Source of the DNA: Vicinamibacterales bacterium
GTDB taxonomy: Bacteria; Acidobacteriota; Vicinamibacteria; Vicinamibacterales; CAVVIG01
Direction of reading: 5' to 3'
Assembly: GCA_036497895.1 (NCBI GenBank)
Contig: DASXIR010000153.1
Location: 209-64,208, forward strand
DNA length: 64,000 nucleotides
Shown here piece by piece: positions 52,387 to 60,878 of this stretch; within the stretch, counting starts at the first letter, position 1, and each line of letters starts with the position of its first letter. Under the pieces are notes generated by a model. That model saw only the letters and a program-made list of their open reading frames with translations. It made no database searches and had not been told where the DNA came from. Both the position numbers and the translations under genes were made by a program.

Positions 52387-53369
52387 CACCTGCAGCGAGT
52401 CGGCAACGCTGGCCGGGTTTGACCGCCCTTGTCGCGCTGGCCTTGATCGCGAGCTACGGCGAACTCGGTCTCGGCTACGCAGGAAACGGTCTTCCATCAC
52501 ACGCGGCCGCACAGCAATCGTCTGCAACGACACCGCTGCAACGACTGCGCGCCTCGATCGAACGTACCACTCGCAGCATCAATGCGACGTGGGGCATTTA
52601 CGTGAAATCGATCGAGAGCGGCGACGAGATCGCCATTGACGCCGATCGTCAGATGGAGACGATGAGCACGATCAAGATTCCGTTGATGATCGAAGCGTTC
52701 GAACAGATCAAAGCGGGCCGATTCAAGCTCACCGACAAGTACACGCTGGTTCAATCCGATGTCCAGCCGGGTACGGGCACCATTCAGCGCCTGGATCCAG
52801 GCGCCGTGATGACCGTCAAGGACTTGATCACGCTGATGATCATCGTCTCAGACAACACCGCGACTGAGGTGCTGTACCGGATGGTCGGCGGTCCCGCAGC
52901 CGTCAATGCGCGGATGGAAAAGCTCGGCCTGACCACGACGCGGGCGATGAATGTGCCGTCGACCTGGTTTCCGGTCCAGCGCTCGGCGCCAACGACCGAA
53001 CAGTTCTACCGCGACGGCAAGTATCCGTTCGGATTCTCCACCGCGCGCGAAATGGGACGCCTCCTCGAAATGCTGGAGCGGGGCACGCTGGTGGACAAGG
53101 ACTCGTCTGCGTTGATGCTGCGCATCATGCGCGGTCAGCTGTACCGCACCCGCATTCCGCGCTACGTCACCGGCTATACCATTCCGCACAAGACCGGCGA
53201 CTTCCTGCCGTATGTAGGCGATGACGTCGGCGTGCTCGAGGCACCGGGTCGCACGATCGTGTTGTCGATTTTTACCGGCGATCACTTCGGATCAGGCGAG
53301 ATGCTGGAGAACGCCATCGGCCTCGTCGCACGAGACGTCGCGGATTACTTCACCTATCGCCAACAGTAG
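52383..53369 (+). CDS. Class A beta-lactamase-related serine hydrolase
   Basis: 328 aa with a signal-like N-terminus. MSTIKIPL (SxxK), VSDNTATE (SDN), HKTGD (KTG). ATGA overlap with the upstream gene. Confidence 0.75.
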   Translation: MTPAASRQRWPGLTALVALALIASYGELGLGYAGNGLPSHAAAQQSSATTPLQRLRASIERTTRSINATWGIYVKSIESGDEIAIDADRQMETMSTIKIPLMIEAFEQIKAGRFKLTDKYTLVQSDVQPGTGTIQRLDPGAVMTVKDLITLMIIVSDNTATEVLYRMVGGPAAVNARMEKLGLTTTRAMNVPSTWFPVQRSAPTTEQFYRDGKYPFGFSTAREMGRLLEMLERGTLVDKDSSALMLRIMRGQLYRTRIPRYVTGYTIPHKTGDFLPYVGDDVGVLEAPGRTIVLSIFTGDHFGSGEMLENAIGLVARDVADYFTYRQQ

Positions 53370-53370
53370 T

Positions 53371-53430
53371 GCACGCCGCACGTCGGACCTCGCCCCTCGC
53401 ACCTCGCCACCTCGCACCTCGCACCTGAGG
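53371..53430 (+). repeat. Tandem heptamer array GCACCTC-type in the 5' leader of the aminotransferase gene
   Basis: GCACGCC GCACGTC GGACCTC GCCCCTC GCACCTC GCCACCTC GCACCTC GCACCTG-AGG. It ends 16 nt before ATG 53446. Confidence 0.85.
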
Positions 53431-53445
53431 TAGTCTGATCAAAGA

Positions 53446-54639
53446 ATGTCCGCCTACCTCGACTCCGTACCGCTCTCGGGCATCACGCGCATCCGCGACA
53501 TGATGTATTCGATCCAGGATCCGTACCGGCTCGATCAAGGCGACGTCAGTTTCGATGCGCCCGACACGGTGAAGACGGCGATGAACCGCGCGATCGCCGA
53601 AAACAGGTCGCACTATGTCCAGACCACCGGCGTGCCGCGGCTGCGCGAGTTGATCGCGGCCAAGCTGGGCGACAGGAACGGCATCCCGATCGAAACCGAC
53701 GAGGACGTGCTCGTCACCAACGGCGGCATCCACGGCCTCTACATGATCTGCCTGGCCATGCTCGAAGCCGGCGACGAAGTATTGCTGCCGGACCCGGCCT
53801 GGCCACCGGCCGCCGGCAACGTCGTGGCGGCGCGTGGCGTGCCAGTCGGTTACACACTGCACGAAGCGAACGGCTGGCGTCCCGACTTCGACGAGATCGA
53901 AGCAAAGATCACGGCGAGGACTCGCGTCCTCTATCTCAACTCACCGAGCAACCCGACCGGCGGCGTGCTGACGCGCGCGGATATCGAACGCCTGGCGTCG
54001 ATCGCCCAGCGCCATGACTTGTGGGTAATCTCCGACGAGGCGTACGAGGACGTGGTGTTCGAAGGCGAGCAGGTCAGCATCGCCTCGTTGCCGGACATGT
54101 ACGCGCGGACGATTCCGCTGTACACGTTCAGCAAGTCGTACGCGATGACCGGCCTGCGTCTGGGCTACGTCGCGATTCGCGACCAGGCGATCCGCGAGAG
54201 GGCGAAGAAAGTGCTGTTCTACAGCGCCAGCAACATCGCCTCGGTCGTCCAGTTCGGGGGCATCGGTGCGCTCGAGGGATCGCAGGAGTGCATCACCGCG
54301 TTCCGCGCAGAACTTCGCGCGCGGCGCGATCTCTTCTACCGCGGTATCGGCAAATCGGCTGCTGGAGTTTTGTCAGGCGCGCCTCCGGCCGGCGCGTTCT
54401 ACGCCTTCCTGAAGATCAATCCCCGCTGGAACGGCCCGGCTGCGAGCTCGACGCAAACCGCGGACTCGCTCTCGTGGCGGATGGTCGAACACCTCGTGAA
54501 GGACGGTCGAATCGGCTGCATCCCGGGCGTCGACTTCGGCCGCAACGGAGAAGGCTACGTCAGGTTCTGCTTCGCGCGCGATCGACAGGAGCTCACCGGC
54601 GCGCTGGAATCGATGCAGCGGATTTTCTCGGCGGCGTAG
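53446..54639 (+). CDS. PLP-dependent aminotransferase, class I/II (AspC-like)
   Basis: 397 aa. YLNSPSNPTGGVLT and YTFSKSYAMTGLRLGY. Confidence 0.85.
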   Translation: MSAYLDSVPLSGITRIRDMMYSIQDPYRLDQGDVSFDAPDTVKTAMNRAIAENRSHYVQTTGVPRLRELIAAKLGDRNGIPIETDEDVLVTNGGIHGLYMICLAMLEAGDEVLLPDPAWPPAAGNVVAARGVPVGYTLHEANGWRPDFDEIEAKITARTRVLYLNSPSNPTGGVLTRADIERLASIAQRHDLWVISDEAYEDVVFEGEQVSIASLPDMYARTIPLYTFSKSYAMTGLRLGYVAIRDQAIRERAKKVLFYSASNIASVVQFGGIGALEGSQECITAFRAELRARRDLFYRGIGKSAAGVLSGAPPAGAFYAFLKINPRWNGPAASSTQTADSLSWRMVEHLVKDGRIGCIPGVDFGRNGEGYVRFCFARDRQELTGALESMQRIFSAA

Positions 54640-54641
54640 AC

Positions 54642-55382
54642 CTACTTCACGTGCCGGCCGCCGTCGATGCGGATCGTCTCTCCGGTCATGAAATCGCTGT
54701 CGAGCAGCGCCAGCACGCCTTTGGCGATTTCGATCTCGCCGCCCCAGCGGCCGAGCGGCGTGGCATCCTCCACCGCCTTCGATTCGGCGTCGGTCGTGGT
54801 CGGCGGCGCCAGAATCGGCCCGGGTGCGATGGCGTTGACGAGAATCTGGTCTGGCGCGAGTTCGAGAGCGAGCGCCTCGGTCAACGCGATGATCCCGGCC
54901 TTGGCGACGTAGTACGGGAGGAAACCGGGATAACGCGGACGGCCGCTCCTGGCGATCCAGTCGCTGAAGTTGACGATACGTCCGCCGCCCTGCGCGCGCA
55001 TGTAAGGCGCAGCCGCGTGCGCACAGAGGAACGCCGCGCGCAGATCGACGTTCAGCGAGGCGTCCCAGTCAGCCACGGTCGTCTCCGCAAACGGACGCTG
55101 GGCATAGACCGAGGCCATGTTGATCAGGATGTCGAGACGGCCGAACGCGGCCGCGACCGCCTGCACCAACGCAGCTGCCGCCGGCGGTTGCGACAGGTCG
55201 GCCTGGAAGATCTCGGCGCGGCGATTCGCCGCGCGCACCGTCGCCGCCGCCTGCTCGGCTTCGGACTTCGAGCGCGCGTAAGCGATGGCCACGTCGACGC
55301 CGCGCGCCGCCAGCTCGCGGGCCACCACAAGACCAATCCGTTTTCCGCCGGTGATGAGCGCGACTTTGTTGGTAAGTGTCAA
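54642..55382 (-). CDS. SDR-family oxidoreductase
   Basis: 246 aa. VALITGGKRIGL (TGxxxxG-type NAD(P) site) and YYVAKAG (YxxxK). Confidence 0.85.
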   Translation of the reverse strand: MTLTNKVALITGGKRIGLVVARELAARGVDVAIAYARSKSEAEQAAATVRAANRRAEIFQADLSQPPAAAALVQAVAAAFGRLDILINMASVYAQRPFAETTVADWDASLNVDLRAAFLCAHAAAPYMRAQGGGRIVNFSDWIARSGRPRYPGFLPYYVAKAGIIALTEALALELAPDQILVNAIAPGPILAPPTTTDAESKAVEDATPLGRWGGEIEIAKGVLALLDSDFMTGETIRIDGGRHVK

Positions 55383-55418
55383 CAGACTTCCTTCGCGTCG
55401 ATCGCATTAGGATTATAT

Positions 55419-56303
55419 ATGGCTGAACACATCGGATTCATCGGTCTCGGCGTCATGGGAAAGCCCATGGCGAAGCATCTCGTTGCGGCCGGCCACAAGC
55501 TGACCGTCCACAACCGCAGCCAGCCCGCCGTGGACGAGCTCGTGAGTGCCGGAGCGAACGCCGCCGCGTCGCCCGCCGCGGTCGCGCGCGCGTCCACGGT
55601 CGTCATCACCATGCTCCCCGACACGGGTGACGTCGAGCGCGTGCTCACGGGATCCGACGGTGTGCTCGCCGGACTCCAGAAGGGCGCGGTCGTGATCGAC
55701 ATGAGCAGTATTTCGCCGACAGTGACCGAACAGCTGGCGCGGCTGGTTCACGAGAAAGGCGGCTCCATGATCGACGCGCCTGTCAGCGGCGGCGAGATTG
55801 GCGCCATCAACGCGGCGCTGTCGATCATGGCCGGCGGCGACGAAGCGACGTTCAACCGCGTACGGCCGATCCTTGAAGCGATGGGCAACAAGGAACGCAT
55901 CGTCCTCATCGGACGCTCGGGAGCAGGCCAGATTTGCAAGGTGTGCAATCAGATTGCGATCGGCGGCGCGCTGGCCGGTGTCAGCGAGGCCTTCGCGCTG
56001 GCAAAAAAAGCCGGCGTGGACGCGGCACGGGTGCGCCAGGCGCTGCTCGGCGGCTTCGCGGCGAGCCGCGTGCTCGAAGTCCATGGCGAGCGGATGCTGG
56101 TGGACAACTACAAGCCGGGTTTCCGCGCGCGCCTGTATCAGAAGGATCTGCGGATCGCGAACGAGGCCGCAGCGGCAAATGCGGTCGCGATACCTGCGAC
56201 CGCGATCGTGACCCAGCTGATCAACGCACTGGTCGCATCAGGCGGCGCCGATCTCGACTATGCCGCGCTCGGCACGGTGCTGGTCAAGATGGCGAACGGG
56301 TAG
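55419..56303 (+). CDS. NAD(P)-dependent 3-hydroxyisobutyrate / 2-hydroxy-3-oxopropionate reductase family dehydrogenase
   Basis: MAEHIGFIGLGVMGKPMAKHL, DAPVSGG and GAGQICKVCNQ. The track ORF 54021..56303 is an in-frame read-through of the upstream antisense region. Confidence 0.85.
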   Translation: MAEHIGFIGLGVMGKPMAKHLVAAGHKLTVHNRSQPAVDELVSAGANAAASPAAVARASTVVITMLPDTGDVERVLTGSDGVLAGLQKGAVVIDMSSISPTVTEQLARLVHEKGGSMIDAPVSGGEIGAINAALSIMAGGDEATFNRVRPILEAMGNKERIVLIGRSGAGQICKVCNQIAIGGALAGVSEAFALAKKAGVDAARVRQALLGGFAASRVLEVHGERMLVDNYKPGFRARLYQKDLRIANEAAAANAVAIPATAIVTQLINALVASGGADLDYAALGTVLVKMANG

Positions 56304-56411
56304 GGCGGCGTTGTTCCGCACCTGGCGGCCCTCGTACGAGCCGCGCAAATTCCTGCGCGTCGGGCTCGCCGGCGGGTGAATAATAGCGGCTCGGGACAGG
56401 CGGCGCTGGTG

Positions 56412-57728
56412 ATGGAGGCTGACATGCGTGCGAGACGTGACTTCCTGCGGCAAGTCGTGCCGGCGGGCGTGCTGGGAGTGGTCGGGGCCCGGATGAATGC
56501 CGGCTGGTTCGATCGGGTGGTCTCGGCCAGTGCGGATGTCGCGCATCGAAGCGCGGCGGACGTGGCGGCCGACGAGGACTACTGGCGCGAAATCCAGCAG
56601 GCCTTCACGCTCGACCGCACCATCATCAACCTGAACAACGGCTACACGTGTCCCAGTCCGCGCGTCGTGCACGAGGCGCTGAAGCGCTACCTCGACGAGT
56701 CCAACCAGGCGCCGATTCATTTCATGTGGGGTCAGCTCGAACCGAACGTCGAGCAGGTGCGCCGCAAGCTCGCGCTCGAAGTGGGCTGCGACATGGAGGA
56801 GCTGGCGATCACCCGCAACGCCAGCGAAGGACTGCAGATCGTGCAGCTCGGTATCGACCTCAAGCCGGGCGATCACGTCGTCACCACCGATCAGGACTAC
56901 GGCCGGATGCTGGACACCTGGGATCAGCGCGTGCGCCGCGACAAGATCGCGGTCACCAAGATCAAGTTTCCGGTGCCGACGACCGACTTGTCTCAACTGA
57001 CCGATGCGATTTCCCGCGCGATCACCCCGAAGACCAAAGTCATCCACATCTGCCACATCACCAACCTGACCGGTCAGCTGTTTCCCGTGCGCGATATCGC
57101 GCGCATGGCGCGCGCTCGCGGCATCCAGACGATCGTGGACGGCGCGCACGCGTTCGCGCATTTCCCGTTCAAGGTGTCCGACCTCGAGTGCGACTACTAC
57201 GGCTGCTCACTGCACAAGTGGATGCTGGCGCCGGTCGGCACCGGCTTTCTCTACATGCGCCGGGAGAACATCGAGAAGGTGTGGCCGCTCACGCCGGCCG
57301 CGGCCAGCCGTGCCGACAACATCCGCAAGTTCGAGGAGATCGGCACGCATCCGGCCGCGAACCACAACGCGATTGCCGAGGCACTGGTGTTCCATCAGGC
57401 CATCGGCACCGAGCGGAAGGCGGCGCGCCTGCGGTACCTGAACGAGCGCTGGGCGGCGAGGGTGGACAAGCTGCCCGGCGTGAAGATCCTGAACAGCCGC
57501 GAGCCGAATCAGGCGTGGGGACTTTTCAACGTCAGCCTCGCGAGCGTCGATGCACCGAAGGCCTACAACTATCTCTGGACCAAGTACCGCATCATCACCG
57601 CGTCGATCAAACGCGACGACTACCAGGGTCTGCGGGTGACGCCGAACGTCTACACCACGCTCGGCGAGGTCGATACGTTCGCCGAGGCGATTCAGGACCT
57701 GGTGAAGAACCCGTCCGCGACCGCCTAA
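56412..57728 (+). CDS. Class V aminotransferase-fold PLP enzyme with a twin-arginine signal
   Basis: MRARRDFLRQVVPAGVLGVVGA (TAT motif RRDFL), CHITNLTGQ and SLHKWMLAP (PLP Lys). The start is 56412 or 56424. Confidence 0.8.
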   Translation: MEADMRARRDFLRQVVPAGVLGVVGARMNAGWFDRVVSASADVAHRSAADVAADEDYWREIQQAFTLDRTIINLNNGYTCPSPRVVHEALKRYLDESNQAPIHFMWGQLEPNVEQVRRKLALEVGCDMEELAITRNASEGLQIVQLGIDLKPGDHVVTTDQDYGRMLDTWDQRVRRDKIAVTKIKFPVPTTDLSQLTDAISRAITPKTKVIHICHITNLTGQLFPVRDIARMARARGIQTIVDGAHAFAHFPFKVSDLECDYYGCSLHKWMLAPVGTGFLYMRRENIEKVWPLTPAAASRADNIRKFEEIGTHPAANHNAIAEALVFHQAIGTERKAARLRYLNERWAARVDKLPGVKILNSREPNQAWGLFNVSLASVDAPKAYNYLWTKYRIITASIKRDDYQGLRVTPNVYTTLGEVDTFAEAIQDLVKNPSATA

Positions 57729-59362
57729 GGATAGGCGACACGGTAGACGCTGATTTCGGAGTGCTTGTCCTCGATCTGCCACGGATGGCGTGAGATCAGG
57801 GTCAGGTCGGGCCGGCGATCCAGTTCGGCCGCGAGCAGCTCGTAGCGCGCGCCGTAGAGAAACTCGCCGTGCACCACCAGGTACCGCGTGTGGTGCTCGC
57901 GCATCGAACCGATCGAACCGTCATCGGGAAACGTCTGCATCGCGTTGAACACCGACCGATACGACGGCGGCGAAAAACCGCTGTAGCCGTTGACCAGATA
58001 CTGCCAGTGAAATGTCGAGTAATAGAGGTAGACCGGATCCTCGAGTGAACCAGTGGGGAACTCGAACAGCACCGACGTCGGCGCGTCCTCCCCACCGGCG
58101 TCTCGCATGATGTCGGCATATGCCTGTGGCGGCACCCGCGGCGCCGACCACAGCTTGAGCGGCTTCGATGCGTACTCGGCAAGCAGCAACGCGCCGATCA
58201 GGCCGAGCGCCGCGACCCGCGCCCGCGGCGCGCGAATCCAGCCGGCGATGCGGGCGGCAGCGTAGCCGACCAGGACGGCCAGGGAAAACGAGACCATGAT
58301 CCCCATTCGCGCCGGGATCCGAAGCGCGCGGAACGGCAGCGCGTGTTCGTATAGAACGCCGTACAGCAGACCGTTCAAGCCGAGCGACAGGTCGAACGCC
58401 AGCAACAGGCCCAACCCATAGGCCAGACGCGGAACCGAGATCGGTGGCCACAGCGCCACGACAGCAAGTGCGACCGCGACGAACCCCGGGAACAGCCGGC
58501 GTTCGGGGTCCATGAACGGCGCGAACACGACGCCGTAGAGCGCGTTGTCCTCCGACGGTGCCAGGTAGTTTCGCCAGGTCGCACTGCCGGCCGCCACTTC
58601 GCCGATACCACGTTCGCCGACGACTTTCCGCGCCGACAGATACGCCCGGGCGATCGGCAGCGTCGCCACCAGCACAATCGCCGCCGCCGTCGCCAACGCC
58701 GCCAGCCGCTGTGGCGCCACCCTCCACCGGGCGATGAACATCGTGCCGCACACCACCATCAAGTACGGAATCAGAAACAGACCGTAGTACAGACACGTCA
58801 CGAGCTGACCGGTCACCAACGCGCCGAACAGGGCGCCGTCACGAATGGTTCCGCGATCGAGCAGCCGGTGAAACGCCCAGAGTGCGAGCGGGATGAACTG
58901 CGTCTGCTGCAGCTGCAGGTGCGCGTAGTGATCGATGCGGTAGGGCGCGAAGGCGAACACGATGCCGCCGAGAATCGCCGCCCCGTTGTGACCGGTCAGC
59001 CGCCGCACCAGCAACGCGACGCCGACGCCGGACAGCGCGAAGCCCGACAGAAACACCAGGTTGTAGATCAGAATCGGCGCGGCACCGATCCAGAACAGCG
59101 GCGCCATCACGATTCCCGGGACCAGGAGCAGCTCCGAATACGCCAGGGTGTTGCGCTCGGGGTAGAACATGTTGGTGTCGAACAACCGCGCCGGCGCGTG
59201 CGGCAGTTGATGCGCGATCCAGCTGAGTACCCAGGTGTTGAGCAGTGGATCCCCGGGATCGTGGATACCGTCCATCATCCGGAAGACCTGTGGGTAGGTC
59301 ATCACCGCGGTCAGAACCGTGAAAAGGACCAGGGTCCCGGCGAGAAAGCGCTTCGTGCTCAC
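57725..59362 (-). CDS. Polytopic membrane protein (GT-C-type glycosyltransferase-like, tentative)
   Basis: 545 aa. About 11 hydrophobic segments, then a ~150-aa soluble C-terminus. The N-terminal YPQVF..DPGDPLLNTWVLSW is typical of uncharacterised GT-C-like membrane proteins (from memory). GTG start. Confidence 0.55.
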   Translation of the reverse strand: MSTKRFLAGTLVLFTVLTAVMTYPQVFRMMDGIHDPGDPLLNTWVLSWIAHQLPHAPARLFDTNMFYPERNTLAYSELLLVPGIVMAPLFWIGAAPILIYNLVFLSGFALSGVGVALLVRRLTGHNGAAILGGIVFAFAPYRIDHYAHLQLQQTQFIPLALWAFHRLLDRGTIRDGALFGALVTGQLVTCLYYGLFLIPYLMVVCGTMFIARWRVAPQRLAALATAAAIVLVATLPIARAYLSARKVVGERGIGEVAAGSATWRNYLAPSEDNALYGVVFAPFMDPERRLFPGFVAVALAVVALWPPISVPRLAYGLGLLLAFDLSLGLNGLLYGVLYEHALPFRALRIPARMGIMVSFSLAVLVGYAAARIAGWIRAPRARVAALGLIGALLLAEYASKPLKLWSAPRVPPQAYADIMRDAGGEDAPTSVLFEFPTGSLEDPVYLYYSTFHWQYLVNGYSGFSPPSYRSVFNAMQTFPDDGSIGSMREHHTRYLVVHGEFLYGARYELLAAELDRRPDLTLISRHPWQIEDKHSEISVYRVAYP

Positions 59363-59538
59363 GCCTGCAGGATGTCGATCAGCTCGTTGAGCTCTTCGAC
59401 CGCGTCAGTGGCCGCGTGGAGGATGGCGCGGCGCTCCTGTAACGACGGCGAGGACCAGTCTTCGTTCTCGAGACGCACGCGGCCGTCAGCCGCGACTTCG
59501 ACCACGACCGCATCCATCGTCTCGACGTACAACCGCAC
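59359..59538 (-). CDS. Small hypothetical protein (52-59 aa), not in the ORF track
   Basis: Hand translation: (V)VRLYVETMDAVVVEVAADGRVRLENEDWSSPSLQERRAILHAATDAVEELNELIDILQA*. GC3-rich. GTG 59538 overlaps the ACT-gene stop (TAGTG), and its own stop overlaps the next start (GTGA). ATG 59517 is an alternative start. Confidence 0.45.
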   Translation of the reverse strand: MRLYVETMDAVVVEVAADGRVRLENEDWSSPSLQERRAILHAATDAVEELNELIDILQA

Positions 59539-59918
59539 TACACCCCCGCCGCGGCCGCCGCGCGTTGTGCATCATCGACGCCGAGCACGATGGCCGCTGT
59601 CAGACTGCCGTCTGACCCGCCGCCGTAGGCGTACTCCACGTTGATGCGCGCATCGCTGACCAGCTTCAGTGTCGGTGCGAGCGCGCCGGGCGCATTGGGC
59701 ACCATGGTGACGATCACCTCGCGCTCGGTCACCTGGTGGTGATGGTCGCGCAGCGTCGCCGCCGCGTGTACGTGGTTGTCCACCACCATCCGCACCTGGC
59801 CGCCAGACTCGAGCGCCATTGCCAGGACGTTCACGCGCTGGTCCGACAGAAGCCGGCAGACGCCGGCGAGAGCGCCAGGGCTGTTCGCCAGGCGGAAAGA
59901 GAGCTCGGTTCGGATCAT
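59538..59918 (-). CDS. ACT-domain protein (tandem ACT)
   Basis: 126 aa. Two repeats of the ..NSPGALAGVCRLLSDQRVNV.. / ..NAPGALAPTLKLVSDARINV.. ACT-type motif. Confidence 0.75.
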   Translation of the reverse strand: MIRTELSFRLANSPGALAGVCRLLSDQRVNVLAMALESGGQVRMVVDNHVHAAATLRDHHHQVTEREVIVTMVPNAPGALAPTLKLVSDARINVEYAYGGGSDGSLTAAIVLGVDDAQRAAAAAGV

Positions 59919-59947
59919 GGGAAGAGGTTAGCAGAATTGGGACTTAC

Positions 59948-60051
59948 TGGTGCAGGTGCTACGTGCGGGGTTGCGAGGTTCAGTGCGAGGTGCGGGGTGC
60001 GGGGTGCGAGGTGCGGGTGCGAGGTGCGAGGTGCGTTGTGCGTTGTGCGTT
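59948..60051 (-). repeat. Tandem heptamer array, about 15 units (gene-sense CTCGCAC / AACGCAC), in the upstream region of the ACT gene
   Basis: The + strand reads GGTGCAG GTGCTAC GTGCGGG .. GTGCGAG GTGCGAG GTGCGTT GTGCGTT GTGCGTT. This is the reverse complement of the unit family at 53371-53430, so both arrays have the same sense relative to their downstream gene. Confidence 0.85.
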
Positions 60052-60096
60052 GACCGCGTAGGAGCCGAGCTTGCTCGGCCAAGTACGACTCGACAG

Positions 60097-60136
60097 AAAA
60101 AGGGCCTGCAATCGGATTTCCCCCGACTGCAGGCCC
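60097..60136 (-). terminator. Rho-independent terminator of the OmpA-family gene
   Basis: The minus strand reads GGGCCTGCAGTCGGGGGAAATCCGATTGCAGGCCC followed by TTTTT, about 50 nt after the stop at 60186. Confidence 0.75.
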
Positions 60137-60185
60137 TCGACGCTTGACGATCGATTCGCGACTACTGGCTCGTCGCGATTCGAGA

Positions 60186-60866
60186 TTACGCCAGAACCTT
60201 GATCACGACGCGGCGGTTCTGCGCGCGGCCGGCCTTGGTCTTGTTCGGCGCGACCGGGTTTTCCATTCCGTAGCTGATGACGTTCATCTTGTGCAGCGGA
60301 ATCTGGTACTGCTCGTAGAGGTAGCGCTTCACCGACTCGGCGCGCTCGAGACCGACCTTCTGGTTGGTCGTCTTGTCGCCGACGTTGTCCGTGTAGCCCG
60401 CGATTTCGAGATAGATGTTCTTCGGATCCTGCTTCAGTTGCGAGACCATCTCGTCGATCTTCGCCTTGGCCTCGTCCGGCAAAATGGTCTTGCCGAACTT
60501 GAAGTTGCCCTGGTCTTCGCTCAGCACCACTTCGTAGACCAGCCGCTTGCTGGTCTTGTCGATGGTGTCGAACTTCGAATTGGCGTCGGCGCCAACCGCG
60601 TCAGCCGCGGAGTGGGCAGACGCAGCCGCCGAGTTGGCCGCCTGGGCGGACTGAGCCGCCGCCTGCGCCTTCTGGTCGACATCGTTGATGCGGCCCTCGT
60701 TCTTGCGGGTCCGCTCCTGCGTCTCTTCGATGGCGCGACCCTGTGAATCGACCTTGTCGTTCACCTCGCCCACACTGGTGCGGACGAATTTCTTGGTGGC
60801 GCAAGCGGTCGATCCACCGATGGCGAAAATGGCGATGGGAACAGCGATGAGAAACTTACGGAACAT
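60186..60866 (-). CDS. OmpA-family (peptidoglycan-associated) lipoprotein with a coiled-coil linker
   Basis: Lipobox AIGGSTAC. An Ala/Gln-rich helical segment. C-terminal LEIAGYTDNVGDKTTNQKVGLERAESVKRYL..NRRVVIKV (OmpA_C). Confidence 0.85.
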   Translation of the reverse strand: MFRKFLIAVPIAIFAIGGSTACATKKFVRTSVGEVNDKVDSQGRAIEETQERTRKNEGRINDVDQKAQAAAQSAQAANSAAASAHSAADAVGADANSKFDTIDKTSKRLVYEVVLSEDQGNFKFGKTILPDEAKAKIDEMVSQLKQDPKNIYLEIAGYTDNVGDKTTNQKVGLERAESVKRYLYEQYQIPLHKMNVISYGMENPVAPNKTKAGRAQNRRVVIKVLA

Positions 60867-60878
60867 GGTGCGATCCTC

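Noticed and set aside
54021-56303. 760-aa + strand ORF
   Set aside because: The first ~465 aa overlap the aminotransferase gene in a different frame, and the SDR gene in antisense, with junk composition. The real dehydrogenase starts at ATG 55419 (MAEHIGFIGLGVMG).
59948-60051. CRISPR array, considered for this and the other short tandem arrays
   Set aside because: The units are 7-8 nt and directly abutting, with no spacers. No cas genes are in the window.
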